This document shows, in pieces, positions 1 to 12,248 of a DNA stretch of 64,000 bases (position 1 is the stretch's first letter; each line of letters begins with the position of its first letter). Position numbers and translations under genes: made by a program. A model generated the notes under the pieces. It made no database searches. It saw only the letters and a program-made list of their open reading frames with translations, and was not told the DNA's origin. The stretch comes from Eledone cirrhosa (lineage: Eukaryota), in NCBI GenBank assembly GCA_964016885.1, contig OZ024740.1:111662001-111726000 (forward strand). The letters run 5' to 3'.

Positions 1-1
1 T

Positions 2-856
2 TTTGAGAGATGCCCACCATCGGTTGTTGACGATTGCACCCGTCAACCTCTCCTTAACTAATCTGCTAATCCGGTTTCTGTAAGTCTCTTTTGCCGGTAA
101 AGACAAATTAAGTTTCCAGTAACCGGGACCCTGTTTATGTGTTTTCTCGAGATTGACTACGCAGGTCACTAATTTGTGATCCGTGTAGCCAACCGTGCGC
201 ATTTCTGGACAGCTTAATATGTCCCTATCCTTACTTCTAACTAAGAATCTATCTAAGTACGATCTAGATTGACCACTGTGGTTTCTCCAAGTCCAGGTAG
301 GCACAGTTGGAAAATCTAGTCGATATCTATCGACCAAGTTAAAACGGTCGAGTAACCCCTTGAGGATGTTACACCCCCCTCTATTAGGACATGCTCCTGC
401 ATAGTCCCAACGTGCATCTAGGATGTCATTCCAATCCCCCGCTAGAAGCAGGGAACGCGACGTTCCCAGAAAAGTCTCCAAACGCTGGAAGAAGACGGGC
501 CGTTCAGATCCGAAAGGGGAGTAGACGGCGACCAGTCTCAAGGCCGCACTTTCACTACTGCCAACGTCTAGCACCAACAAACGACCCTCCGGGTCCGAGT
601 GCACAACCTGTACGGCAAGACCCAAGTGTTTTTGCAGCAGTACGACAACCCCACCCCCACCTCCAGGCTGACAGAGAGATGCATGCACCTCAAAGTCATC
701 GAAGGTGGGGGCCAGCTGCCGCACGACGCTGATTCGAGTCTCACAGATAACCATTACATTTATACTACATGACCTGAGGTCATTTAGAAGCTTTGCTTGC
801 TTCCAAGTTGAGCCCAGGCCACGTGCATTCAAACATCCTACTCTTAACACATCCAT
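2..856 (-). CDS. LINE ORF2 N-terminal AP endonuclease domain (open to window edge)
   Basis: Manual translation from ATG 856: MDVLRVGCLNARGL...ICETRI...LAGDWN...SRSYLDRF...GYTDHKLV...GPGYWKLN; APE motifs in one frame, no stop seen. Confidence 0.9.
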   Translation of the reverse strand, partial: MDVLRVGCLNARGLGSTWKQAKLLNDLRSCSINVMVICETRISVVRQLAPTFDDFEVHASLCQPGGGGGVVVLLQKHLGLAVQVVHSDPEGRLLVLDVGSSESAALRLVAVYSPFGSERPVFFQRLETFLGTSRSLLLAGDWNDILDARWDYAGACPNRGGCNILKGLLDRFNLVDRYRLDFPTVPTWTWRNHSGQSRSYLDRFLVRSKDRDILSCPEMRTVGYTDHKLVTCVVNLEKTHKQGPGYWKLNLSLPAKETYRNRISRLVKERLTGAIVNNRWWASLK

Positions 857-1224
857 GTGGGCGGCAGAGCCAAAGGAGAGTGTAGAGACCTACCTTTCCG
901 CTTCCCGGGGTTCGGGTTGCACGGCTTCCATGGGGTCGGGGGTGTTGGGTGAAGGGGTGTCTTGTGGTGGTGTGGGGTCGTCAGTGTGTGGTGGGGTTGG
1001 GGTGTTTGGAGTTGTGTTGGGGAGGGAAAGGGGGGGGAAGCTTTTTAGTAGGACGCGGTTTATGGGTTTGACAGAGGGTGGTCCTACGTCCTCCTTAAAA
1101 TCCTTTTTTAGTTTTTGGTAGATGTTCATTGGGATCTTTATTAATTTTAAATGTGGGTAGTTTTCTGAAGAAACAAAGTTTACACCTTCGGTTTGTACCG
1201 AAGGATTATTGTATATGAGTTCAT

Positions 1225-2634
1225 TTAATTTATTATTGTTTCTGTTGATGTAAGTATAGTGTAATGTCTTTTTTTCGGATGGTGTGAGTGTTTCGAAGAG
1301 GGGAGGGCAGGTTTGGTTTTGTTTGTTGCTGGAGGGGTGTTTTCTGTTTTGTTGGATTGTGTTGAGATTTGGGTGGGGGTTGTTTGGCCTTGTGTGTTTT
1401 GCACATGTTTTCCTTTTTTTCTTTTAATCTGTCTGAAGGACTCCGTTTCTTCCTCCGAATTCGTTGGGTTATCTTCAGTGTTGGAGGGAAGAGGTATGTT
1501 TGCTGGTAATGTTTCCGTGTTGGTTTTCTTTGTGGGGGAGATGGATGTCACTATGTTAGACTGTGTTGTGTGTTGTGTCTGCGGTGGTTGTGTTGTTTTA
1601 TTGAGTGAGAGGTTGGGTGGGCCTGTATTTTGTTTTGGGGTAATGTTTTGTGACTGTTTGTGTTGTGGTGGTGATGTGGTTTTACTGAGGGACGGGTTGG
1701 GTGGGACTGAGTTTTGTTGTTTGTTTATCTGTTGTGGTGGTGGTGGTGGAGCTGGTGTTGGTAGCAGGGTTTTCTTTTTGTTGAGTTGGGGACAAGCGGC
1801 CTTCAGGTGCCCTCTGCCTGCACAGATATGGCAGGACGGCCTTCTCCCCTCCACGCTAATGTTTATATACCCGTGGTCCTCTAATAGGATTCTGTCGGGT
1901 ATTTGGGCGATGCGTTCAGGCTTCATTTGCACTACCAGCTCTATACCTGTTCCACTGAACGCATTGCCTGTGGTTTTCCCAATGGAAATCACGTTGTCAT
2001 TCACTGGATCGATGAAGCCAGCTATGAGCCAGCAGTAGTCCACATCTGGCATCATTGCATCCAGCCATATGCGTTGAGTTCTTTTACCCATATAAGATGG
2101 ATAAAAGGTAAAATTTTTCGAACGAATCGGTGACAAAGCACATTTTTTTGTCGCCGATTCGTTCTTCATGATAATTGCTAGGCTTCCATACAGTCTGTCT
2201 TTTCTTATGAAAGTGGTTTCATTAAGTACTTCTGTGAGTACTGTTTTGATATCTGCTTGAAAAGGCTGTTCAGGTTTTTTTGTACTGTTGTTGATGGTCC
2301 GAAACTTGACCGTTCGGCTTTCAATGTCTTTGGTGAATTCTTGAGGCATTTTTACCGATAAAATACCATTCTCTCCTTCACTTATGTATTGTTTGGCGTC
2401 TGTGATTCGTCGTGCCACATCTGAAATATTTTCCGGTATATAAGTCAAAGATTTCTTTGTTTTCTGTGCAAATGAAATCTTGTCGTCTGCTTTGCTTTCT
2501 GTTATGGTGTTATTTTCAAATGTTATTTTTGTGTTTGTTGTGTCTTTGTTTGTGTTATTAGTATTGTCATGCAATTTTTCAAATTTTTTTTTTTTCGTTG
2601 TTGGAATCCATGTCCAGATTTGTGTTTTCGTCAT
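1225..2634 (-). CDS. LINE ORF1 (gag-like zinc knuckle protein), copy A; homology probably extends by frameshift/stop to 2819 and to 890
   Basis: 469-aa ORF with CHICAGRGHLKAACP knuckle and a Pro/Thr-rich tail; paralogous to the ORFs at 5153-6106 and 10510-12009. Confidence 0.85.
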   Translation of the reverse strand: MTKTQIWTWIPTTKKKKFEKLHDNTNNTNKDTTNTKITFENNTITESKADDKISFAQKTKKSLTYIPENISDVARRITDAKQYISEGENGILSVKMPQEFTKDIESRTVKFRTINNSTKKPEQPFQADIKTVLTEVLNETTFIRKDRLYGSLAIIMKNESATKKCALSPIRSKNFTFYPSYMGKRTQRIWLDAMMPDVDYCWLIAGFIDPVNDNVISIGKTTGNAFSGTGIELVVQMKPERIAQIPDRILLEDHGYINISVEGRRPSCHICAGRGHLKAACPQLNKKKTLLPTPAPPPPPQQINKQQNSVPPNPSLSKTTSPPQHKQSQNITPKQNTGPPNLSLNKTTQPPQTQHTTQSNIVTSISPTKKTNTETLPANIPLPSNTEDNPTNSEEETESFRQIKRKKGKHVQNTQGQTTPTQISTQSNKTENTPPATNKTKPALPSSKHSHHPKKRHYTILTSTETIIN

Positions 2635-3034
2635 TTTTTTTTCTCCGCAGATTCGTCTGTTTTTATTTTAATTTTTCCTTCCTTCTCTATGACGTTAGTT
2701 GGGAAGGAAGGGGGGACTAAAGCGTGCGAGCTTACAACTCTTACCGCTGTCCCCCCACCACTATTTTCGTTCGCTGCGTTTAACATTTCTGTTAGACGAT
2801 TGAAATTTTTTTGCCACAAAATTTTTTAAAACAGGTTTTTCACCTCTAGGAGGGGTAAAGATGAGCTGACCCACCGCCTGACAGTTCAGACGGGGGGGGG
2901 GGGTCAAGCTACACAATTGTATCAAAATTAAATTTGAACTCACAAAATTTCCGCAATAAATTTGAACAAAACTTCTGCGCGAAGTGAATGACATCCACAC
3001 TGTAGAACAGACGACAGCTAGATTGAGATGAGAT

Positions 3035-3120
<86 letters not shown>
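3035..3120. repeat. (GATA)n microsatellite, 3' tail/target of LINE copy B
   Basis: About 21 ATAG units; on the - strand it follows AATAAA (…GGAAAATAAAGAAATCTATCT…). Confidence 0.95.
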
Positions 3121-6100
3121 TTCTTTATTTTCCACAAGGGCAAGAAAAGGGGACAATATAAAGACATGCCGGGGATTTTACATACAGTCGTGTAAAAAAA
3201 TATAAAAACAAACAATTACAACAATAGAAATCCCCAATAGGTGGGAGGCGCCACAAATGGGTTGTTTAATACCCCGTCGATAGAACAACCCCGTTCGGCT
3301 CACCGTCGTTCTGCTCAAACAGTCGCGCAAAGTGCTGCTCAAAGGCTGCGCACATTTGTTTGGGGTCAAGTAGTACGCGTCCGTTTTGGTCTTTCAAAGA
3401 CCGAATCGTGGACTTATTGACACTTTTTGCCTTCGCCACTCGGGCCCAGCTGACAGCTTTCACTCCTTCTTTTTCTATAGCACGTGTTTTGCTTCTGACT
3501 ACGCAGCCTTCGTGTTTCGCATCGAAGAACTGGTCCAGTGCCGTTCTCGACGCTAACACTCTAGCCGCGTTGTCACTTCTAAATGCCTCCTCTACCATGG
3601 TTACTAGTTCTCTTTCTATTTTGTTTTTCTCTAAGGCTAACACTCTGCTAAACCCTATCGATTCTACTCTAATTGCTTTCTTGAGAGAGTACCACCATCT
3701 ATTGTTGATGATGGCTCCCGTTAACTGTTACTTGACTAGTCTACTTATCCGTTCACTGTAAGCTTTACGTGCCGGCAACGACACGTTCAGCTTCCAGTAT
3801 CCGGGACCCTGTCTATGTATTCTGTCACGGTTGACTAGGCAACCATGTGCATTCGTGGACAGCTTAACATCTCCTTGTCCCTTTCTCTAATGAAGAACTT
3901 ATCTAGATACGATCTAGATGTCCCGCTGCGGTTTGCCCACGTCAACTGTGGTGCAGTCTGGAAATCCAGTCGATACCTATTGGCCAGTTGGAATTGGCCG
4001 ATTAGATTTTTGAGGCTGTTGCACCCCCCCTCTACTGGGACATGCTCCCACATAGTCCCATCGTGCATCTAGGATACCATTCCAGTCCCCCACTAAAAGT
4101 AAGGAGCGAGACGTTCCTAGAAAAGACTGTAGACGCTTAAAGAAATCTGGCCGTGATCTGATTGCCTGGTCGGGGCATAAACGGCCACCAGTCTGAAGGC
4201 TCCACCTCCAATACTGTTCGCGTCTAGGACTACCAGTCTACCCTCCGTATCCAAGTGTACTTGCTGTACTTCGACGTCCAGGTTCTTCTGAAACATGACA
4301 ACCACTCCCCCTCCACCTCCTGGCTGACAGAGAGATGCGTAGATCTCAAAGTCATCGAAAGTGGGGGTTAGTTGCTGCCTGTTGTGGATCCTGGACTCAG
4401 TGATGGCTTTTAATCTATACCGTGTGATCTAAGGTCGTTTAAAAGTTGGCCTTGTTTCCAGGGCATCCATAAGCCACGCACATTCACGCTTCCAACTCGC
4501 AAGTCAGCCATGTTGGTGGAGAAGAGTTGGCGAAAAGGACGAAAAGGTGCACTTACCTTTTCGTATCCTGGAGATCGGGTTGTTCAATCTCCATTTCAGT
4601 TCTGGTGGGGGTGTTGGGTGGGGTGGGAAAACATTTTAATAAGATGCGGTTAATAGGTTTTTGACAGGGCTAGCCAACGTCCTTCGAAAACTGTTCTTTC
4701 GATTTCTGATAGGTTTCTATCGAAACCCTTATTAGTTTTAGGTGTGGAGACGATTCTGCTTTGACGAAAGTTTTGCCCTCCGTCTCCTCCTTGGGGTTTT
4801 GGGAGATGACCTCCATCAAACTCTTGTTTGTTTGTGTTGATGTATGCGTATTGTTGTTTGTGTTTTTGTTGCGTTATTTTAGTTTGTTGTTCGTCCGGGA
4901 GTTTTCTTTTCATGGTGGGTGCTTGTGTTTGGGTGGTGTTGGTGTTGGTTTTGCTGGTAGGGGGAGGTTTGACTCTGGTGTTGCTTGCGTTGTTGTTTGT
5001 GTCTGTGGTTGTGTGTTGGTGTTGGTGATGGTGATTGGAGTTTTGGGGGTTTTGTGGTGTTTCTTTTTTTTTGCTTTTTAGATTTCCGAGGCTCTCCTTC
5101 TTCCTCACTTAAAGAAGGAGAAGCAGCCTCATCTGTCGATGAATAATCATCGTCAGGCGTGTGGGGTAGGGTTATGTTGTGTGGTGGTGGCGTTTCGGTG
5201 TGTGAGTTTGTGGTAGAGTTTGATGGATTGGGAGGGGGTGGGGCTGTGTTTTTCAGGGGTGTTGTCTGTGTTTTTTTCTGTTTTTGTTGGTTGTGTGGCT
5301 GCTTGTTTTGGTGTGTTTTCTCGTTTCGTCTGTTGTTGTACTTGTGGTAGTGGTTGTTTTGGTGTTGATGTTGGTAATAGTTTTTTTTTAATGATGTTGT
5401 TGTGGTGTGATTGGGAAGGACAGCAGGCCTTTAGGTGTGCTCTGCTACCACAGCAAAAGCAATGAAGTTTACGATCCTCCACCGAAATGTTTATTTTGTT
5501 GTTGTCGTCGATGACCACTTTTTCGGGTATTTTGGAGATTTTCTCCGGCCTCATTTGCATCAGAATCTCCAAATCAGTACTTGCCCACCTTTGTCTAGTA
5601 GACTTTCGTATTGAAAGAATAGCACCAGTCTCTGGCTCCACGAAGCCTGCCAAGATCCACCAGATGTTAATGTTTGGTGGTATATTTTTAATTTTTATTT
5701 TTTGTGTCCTTTTTCCCATGTACGTAGGGGAAAAGCTGAATGCTTTTGACACCATTGGTGTCACAGAATGTTTTTGGGCGAGTGCCTCGCTTTTAAACAG
5801 TACGGAAATACTTCCGTACTGTTTTCCTCGTTGAAGAAAGTCAACATTTGCTAGAGTCTCCTTCAAGGTGGCTTCTATGTCTCCTTGACTCACAAATATT
5901 GGCTTTCTCGTTGTGTTGGAGACAGTCCTGAAGGTCACTGTCCTTCGAACTGTCTCTTCTTTTATTTCGAGAGGTGAGTTGATTCTACACCCACCCTTGT
6001 TTTCGAAAGTTACAAATTTTCTCCCTTGCTGGAGCATATCTCTTGCATTGGAGATGTCAAGATTTATAAAATCTTGTTTTTTGTTCACTGTTTCAGCGAA

Positions 6101-6659
6101 AGTCATTTTTTTTGTGTGGTATTGCTGTTGTTGTTTTTGTTGTTGTCGTTGTCAGCCTCGGTGTTAGAAATCGTAATTTCTTGACGAGGTGAAATTTTAT
6201 CTGTAGATGTCACTATGGAGTTGTTGTTGTTGTTGTTGGCTGTTTCATGTGTATCTATATTAATAAGTTTAATTCCTGTGTTTTCCAGTCTGTTATTTTT
6301 CTCCGCTTCGGCGGTAGAAATTTTTAAATGTTCAATTGGCAACTTTTTTTTTTACTTGTTGACAGTCGTATCCATGACGACGTCTATAGTGGCAGAAGCA
6401 GATATAATGTTAATATCTGCCTTACAACCTCTCTTCTCTCTGTTAACGTTCTCCAGCGTTCTTTCCGAGTTATTCATGTTTTATAGTCGCCAAAATTTGA
6501 TTTTTTTAAACAACTTTTAAATGAAATGGGATTACCAGCCAGCTGACAATTCAGCTTGGGGGTTAATCTAAAAAATAACATGTTTTTTTAAACAATTAGT
6601 TCAGTTTTTTGTATAGAAATGTACAAAAAAGCTTACCAGCCATGTTCCACGTGTCAGGC
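3121..6659 (-). mobile_element. L1/Tx1-clade LINE copy B, degenerate, with internal deletion of RT
   Basis: ORF1 pieces (5153-6342, 4650-5108; CFCCGSRAHLKACCP); frameshifted APE from ATG 4511 (MADLRVGSVNVRGL); post-APE linker to ~3280, then directly a 3'UTR resembling that of copy C. Confidence 0.88.
5153..6106 (-). pseudogene. LINE ORF1 copy B (disrupted)
   Basis: Aligns with ORF1 A/C (RTVTFRT, YGS, PTYMGKRT, zinc knuckle); frame broken upstream and downstream. Confidence 0.85.
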
Positions 6660-6893
6660 AGATAGGGAGATAGATAGATAGATAAGTTTCTATTTATTTG
6701 CCACGAGGGCACAAAAAAAGGGGACAAATACAAGGGGGGGGGGGTTGTTACATAAAGGAACGAGTAAAAAAACAAATAACAAATGTAAAATTTACAGCCG
6801 TTTTGGGGATTACACACAACCCCGAAAAAGTGTGCCACCCTTTTCCTTAGGAGCACAGAGAGGGGGTGCTCCTTTGAACTTCCACCTTTCCAC

Positions 6894-9800
6894 CTACAGG
6901 CTGATAAAGAGAGAAGGCCCATTCACACGGGCCATTCTCGCTACTTTCACCCACCTGGGGTAGAGCACCTCTCTCTCCATTCTGATCCTTCTCTTAAAAT
7001 GGTATTTAAAGAAAAGGACCAGTTGTTGGCCGGAGAGAAAGGTATCCGACTTCAGCCCTTTCAAACGGGTCCACCATACAACCTCTTTCACCATGGCTAT
7101 TACACAGAGGATGACCGCCTCTCCTTCATTTTTGAAGGGGGGAGACGGCTTGATCGTTACAATGGTCAACCGGATTGGTCCCACTCGTGACAGCAGTCGT
7201 TCGACATAGCCCCATAGATCGGCAACGCCCGAGCAGTGTACTAATGCGTGCGCAACGGTTTCCTCGTCGCGCATGCATCTGGGACAGATCTTTTTCGAGG
7301 AGTCCCTACCCGGACGCCCATGTCTGTAGAGCTTTTCTCGAACGGGCAACGCTCCTCGGTAGCACTGCCAGGCCAGGGACCCCTGGAAGTTGTCCATAGG
7401 TCTCGGGCCAAATGTCCTCCCGATTAGGCTGGCCAGTTCGTCTTCTTCCATGCCTAGGGCTTGTCCGAGGGCGTCGTCGCACCTACTAACCGCCAGCCCT
7501 CTATAGAATTACGAGGTGGAGTCTCCACCGATAGCCGGGTCCGCCTGCCAGAGAGCCGTGAGCGCCTGGGCACACTCGGTGTGCCAGGCGCCCAGTTTTC
7601 TCGGTCTTTGCTTGACCCAGGACTGCAGCTCGGTGAGCGAGACGAGTCTCGGAAAGGCTCGCCTCACAAACGGGGCCCACACTGGTTGACCGGTGAGGAG
7701 TACCTGGAGGTGCCGTAGCCTTAATGCGTGTTTACGCATCAGCAGCCACGGCATACCCAGCCCTCCTTTCGAAGGGTGTTGACAGCAGATGGATCTCTTC
7801 AACAAAGGAGCCCGCTTCTTCCAAAGGAATTGGAAGATTGCGTGCTCCATTTTGGTGAGCGTTTCCCTTGGGCAAGGCACGACGGTCAGGCGGTAATAGA
7901 TGACGGACGCTATGTAAGCGTTCGCCACCTCCGCCAGACCTTTCAGGAATAGTTTGCACTCAGCCCATTTCTGCGTCAGCGCAAACACCCTGTTCGATAT
8001 CGCACCCCAGTTCTTCTCCACCTGGAGGTCTGGCCCGAACCAGACCCCGAGCAACTTCACCGGGCCCTCCGTCCAACGTCCTACGACGCCGTTGGAGGCC
8101 ATCGGTTTGCCCCTCCACTCGCCGAGTTGCAAACCGACTGACTTGTCCCGGTTCAGCTTAGCTCCTGTAAACTTTTCGTATTCCTTCAGTAAGGTGCCGT
8201 TCACCCCGATTTCCGAGGCGGTTGACACCATTACTGTCACGTCATCGGCGTAGGCCGACACCGCTTTCCGCAATCCCGGTTCCAAAGGGATTCCCTGTAA
8301 CAACTCCAACTTCCGCAGCAGTGACTCTAGGGCCAATACATACAGAAGGGAGGAGAGAGGGCATCCCTGTCGGATGGACCACGTGATTTCGAACGGCTCC
8401 GAGAGGTAGCCGTTCACCTTGACCCTATAGCAGATGCGGCTGCTGTGCATGGTAGTGATCCAGCCCCTGAAAACGGGTTCGAAACCTGCCGCCACTAGCA
8501 CCGCATCCAGGTAACGATGGTCGACCCTATCGAACGCCTTAGATTGATCCAAGTTGATCAGGGACCCACCAAAGCCGGGTTCGTTTCCAAACCACTCTAT
8601 GATGTATTGAATGAGATGGAGATTGTCGTGAATGGACTTGGACGGGATGACGCATGTCTGCGCATCTCCCACCAGGTTGCTCACGACAAGCGCCAACCTC
8701 TTTGCTAACACCTTGGCCAAAATCTGCATTTAGCAGAGTTGTGGGCCTAAAATAACTTATTTTATCCCCCTTGTTCACGTCCTTCCTCACTAGCGAGACT
8801 ACGCCCTTGGTCACAGAACAGGGAATTCTCCCGTTCTGTTGCCAGTTGCAGTAGACCGCCTCGAGGAGATCGAAGAACAAGTCCGGCCTATTTAAATACA
8901 GTTCGTATGGAAGACCATCGAGGCCCGGAGATTTGCGTCTGCCGCTTTGGCTCAGCACGTCCCCTATATCAGCAGCTGAGATCAGCCTCTCGCAGGACTG
9001 TGCCTCCTCGTCCGAAAGACGCGGCAGGCCCTCGAGGTATGGACCGAGGTCCACATCCTCATCCGGCGCCTCGCCCCTTCCGAACAATCGGGCAAAGTGC
9101 CTTTCAAAGGCCTCGCACACCTGCTTAGGTTCAAGGATCACCCGTCCATCCTGGTCTCGCAAAGACCGGATTGTGGATCTAATCCCACTTTTGGCTTCTG
9201 TCACGCGGGCCCAGCTAACAGCTTTGGTCCCCTCGTTTCCCAGAGCACGCAATTTGCTTCGGACAACGCAGCCTTCGTGTTTCGCGTCGAAGAACTGGCC
9301 CAATGCCGTTCTCGACGCTAGCACTCTGGCTACGTCGCCGCTTCTAATTGCCTCTTCTACTTATCTACCAACTCCCTTTCCTTCCTATTTCTATCTGAGG
9401 CTAATTCCTTACTAACTCCTATTGAAGCTACTCTAATCTCTCTTTTGAGAGAACCCCACCACCCGCTGTTGACGATGGCGCCCGTCAACCGCTCCTTAAC
9501 TAAAGTATTAATCCGGTCCCTGTAAGCTTTACTTGCCGATAACGACAACATAAGCTTCCAGTAAACGGGTCCCTGTCTATGCGTTATATCAAGGTTGACC
9601 ATGGAGGTCACTAACTTGTGGTCTGAATAGCCAACCATGAGCATTTCTGGACAACTTAAAAATTCCCTATCCTTATTTCTAACTAAGAACCTAGCTAGGT
9701 GCGATCTAGATTGACCGCTATGGTTTGTCCAAGTCCAGGTTGGCACAGTCGGAAAATCTAGTCCATATCTATCGGCCAGGTCGAATCGGCCGATTAAGCC

Positions 9801-10295
9801 CTTGAGGCTGTTACAACCCCTCTATTAGGACATGCCCCTACATAGTCCCAACGTGCATCTAGGATACCATTACAGTCCCCCACTAAAAGCAAGGAGCGGG
9901 ACGTCCCTAGAAAAGTATCCAGACGTTGGAAGAAGTCCGGCCGCACTGACCCAACAGGGCGTAGGCGGCGACCAGCCTAAAGGCTCCGCCTTCACCACTG
10001 CCAACGTCTAAAACCACCAGTCGACCCTCCGGGTCCAGTTTACCGTCTGTGCGGCGAGACCCAGATGTTTTTGCAACAGAACGACAACCCCACTCCCACC
10101 TCCGGGCTGACAGAGAGATGCGTGCATCTCAAAGTCGTCAAAGGTGGGGTCTAGCTGGCGCACTCTGCTGATCCGGGCCTCGCAAATGACAATCACATTT
10201 ATACAGCGTAACCTGAGGTCATTTAGAAGTTTTGCTTGCTTCCAATATGAGGCCAGGCCACGCGCATTTAGACAAGCCACTCTCAATACAGCCAT
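6894..10295 (-). pseudogene. LINE ORF2 (APE + reverse transcriptase + CCHC finger), several frameshifts
   Basis: MAVLRVACLNARGL; GYSDHKLV; KSPGLDGLP; LDQSKAFDRVDH; IRQGCPLS; YADD; GGLGMP; CPRCMRDEETVAHALVHC; split over ORFs 10008-10358, 9357-9746, 8539-9324, 7509-8729, 6894-7451. Confidence 0.95.
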
Positions 10296-10509
10296 GTTGG
10301 TGGTAAAGAGAAAAAGGAGGCACCTACCCCTCTGCGTCCCGGAGACCAGGCCGCACAATTTCCATGGGGTGGGGGAGGGGTTGTTGGGTGGGGGATGGTT
10401 TGTGGTGGTGTGGGGACATCAGAGTGTGGTGGGGTTGGGGTGTTTGGTGTGGTGTGGGTGTCTGGGGTGGGGGTGGGGGAATTTTTCAAGAGGACTCGAT
10501 TCATTGGTT

Positions 10510-12009
10510 TTACACAGGGGGACCCACGTCCTCAGGAAAATTGTCTTTTACTTCTATATAAATGTCTATCGGAGTTTTAATCATTTTAAAAGGGGTTCTC
10601 TGTGACCCTCGTGAAAATGGCCCTTCGGTTTGCAACGAAGGGTTTTGTTCAATTTTGTTTACAAGTTTTATATTTTTTGTGTTGAAGTATGTGTATAACT
10701 GTGTCTGTGTAATTTTTTGGGGTTTTTGTTCTGTATTTTGGGGTGGTGGTGGTGGTGGTGGTGGTGGTGGTGATTGTGTTTTCGTTTGTGGAGTTGTTAT
10801 GGGTGTGGAGGGGTTGGGTGGGTCCATGTTCAGTTTTTTGTTGACTTGTGTTTGTTGTTGTTGTTGTGGTGGTGGTGGTGGTGTTTTTGGAGGTGTTGGC
10901 AGTAAGGGTCTTTTAGTTTGTTGAGGACAGGCAGCCCTCAGGTGACCTCTGCCTCCACAGAGGTAGCAAGCGGGCCGCCTACCCTCAACTGCAATGTTAA
11001 TAAATTGGGAGCCTTCCAGGGATACTCTTTGAGGTATCTTTGCGATACGTTCTGGTTTCATTCGAACCAGATCCTCTATGCCTATACCGCCAAAGTGGCC
11101 CCTGGTGGCTTTGCCTATATCAAGGAGTTCATCTTCGTCGTCCAGTATCCCTCCTAGTATCCACCACATATTTGTATTTTGGTGTATACCGGAGATTGTT
11201 ATTTTTTTAGTTTTCTTCCCCATGTAGGTGGGGAAGAAAGTGTACTCTTTGGACACAATTGGCGACACCAAGTATTTTTGGGCCACCAATTGGTCCTTCA
11301 TCAAAATTGTCAGACTCCCATATAACTTCCCTCTCTCAATTAAAATCATGTCCTTCAACGCGTCTTTTAACACCAGCTCAATTTCGCTAAGCGATAATTG
11401 ATCTGTTTTTTTCGACGCATTTGATATAGTTCTAAAATTAATTGTCCTTAGGACCGTGTCTCTTTTAATATCCTTAGGGGAGATTATGGTGAAATAACCG
11501 TTTTCACCAAAGCTCACCTGTTTTCTCCCCTCTTTTAGCAATTCCGCTGCATTACTGATGTCAACTTGGGTGAAAGTTTCGGTCTCCTTAACGACCTGGG
11601 CAAAGGATATTCGTGTAGTGGGGTATTTTTTGTGTGTTTCGTTGCTGTTGTTCTTGTTTTCTTGGGTGTTTGCGTTTTGGTTGTTGTCGTTTGCGGTACA
11701 GTTTTTTGGGTTTTCACCCATTTTTTCGGGTTTTGAGTTTACATTTATGTTGTTTTCTTTGTCATTCTTGCTGCTGTTTTCGCTTTTGTGTGAGTTCGTG
11801 TTATTTTCTTTTTTATTTCTGTTGGTGTTGTTGGTGTCAGTGTAATTTATACATTCTTTCAATTTGGTGTTTCCATTGCTTGGTGTTTCCCAAGTTTTTA
11901 AAATTGTTCGCCAAATCCACTTCCATACTCGCATGTGAAAGCGAGAGAAGGGAAGCTTCAGTAGGTTGAGTGGGGGGCGTGCAGTTGTGTTTTCATGTAT
12001 GGTGTCCAT
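10510..12009 (-). CDS. LINE ORF1 copy C (zinc knuckle)
   Basis: 499-aa ORF with CYLCGGRGHLRAACP; C-terminal continuation frameshifted into 10283-10504. Confidence 0.85.
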   Translation of the reverse strand: MDTIHENTTARPPLNLLKLPFSRFHMRVWKWIWRTILKTWETPSNGNTKLKECINYTDTNNTNRNKKENNTNSHKSENSSKNDKENNINVNSKPEKMGENPKNCTANDNNQNANTQENKNNSNETHKKYPTTRISFAQVVKETETFTQVDISNAAELLKEGRKQVSFGENGYFTIISPKDIKRDTVLRTINFRTISNASKKTDQLSLSEIELVLKDALKDMILIERGKLYGSLTILMKDQLVAQKYLVSPIVSKEYTFFPTYMGKKTKKITISGIHQNTNMWWILGGILDDEDELLDIGKATRGHFGGIGIEDLVRMKPERIAKIPQRVSLEGSQFINIAVEGRRPACYLCGGRGHLRAACPQQTKRPLLPTPPKTPPPPPQQQQQTQVNKKLNMDPPNPSTPITTPQTKTQSPPPPPPPPPPQNTEQKPQKITQTQLYTYFNTKNIKLVNKIEQNPSLQTEGPFSRGSQRTPFKMIKTPIDIYIEVKDNFPEDVGPPV

Positions 12010-12168
12010 TATTGTAAGCTGGTATACAAATTTTCAAAGTAGTTTTTACCCCCAAAAAGGGGTAAAAATAAAATAACTACCCGTCTGCAAGTTAGGTCTC
12101 ACAGATAAAGCAAATGAAAAACAAACTCAGTCAAAAACGTAATACAAATCCAAAATGCTGCAGCCGAA

Positions 12169-12248
<80 letters not shown>

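Larger units (their letters stand above)
1..3034 (-). mobile_element. L1/Tx1-clade LINE copy A (5' part; runs off the left edge of the window)
   Basis: ORF1 with CX2CX4HX4C knuckle followed by an APE-endonuclease ORF2; the 5' end abuts the (GATA)n tract at 3035-3120. Confidence 0.9.
6686..12170 (-). mobile_element. L1/Tx1-clade LINE copy C, near full length, frameshifted
   Basis: ORF1 10510-12009; ORF2 from ATG 10295 to stop 6894 with APE, RT and C-terminal zinc finger; AATAAA + (TATC)n tail at 6660-6700; 5' boundary approximate. Confidence 0.92.

Noticed and set aside
2631-2645. Programmed frameshift at the start of LINE A ORF1
   Set aside because: Falls in a long homopolymer within decayed elements; copy B breaks similarly but copy C is continuous, so an indel is more likely
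705-11969. Val/Gly/Cys-rich + strand ORFs over the LINEs
   Set aside because: Antisense shadows of the A/C-rich LINE ORFs
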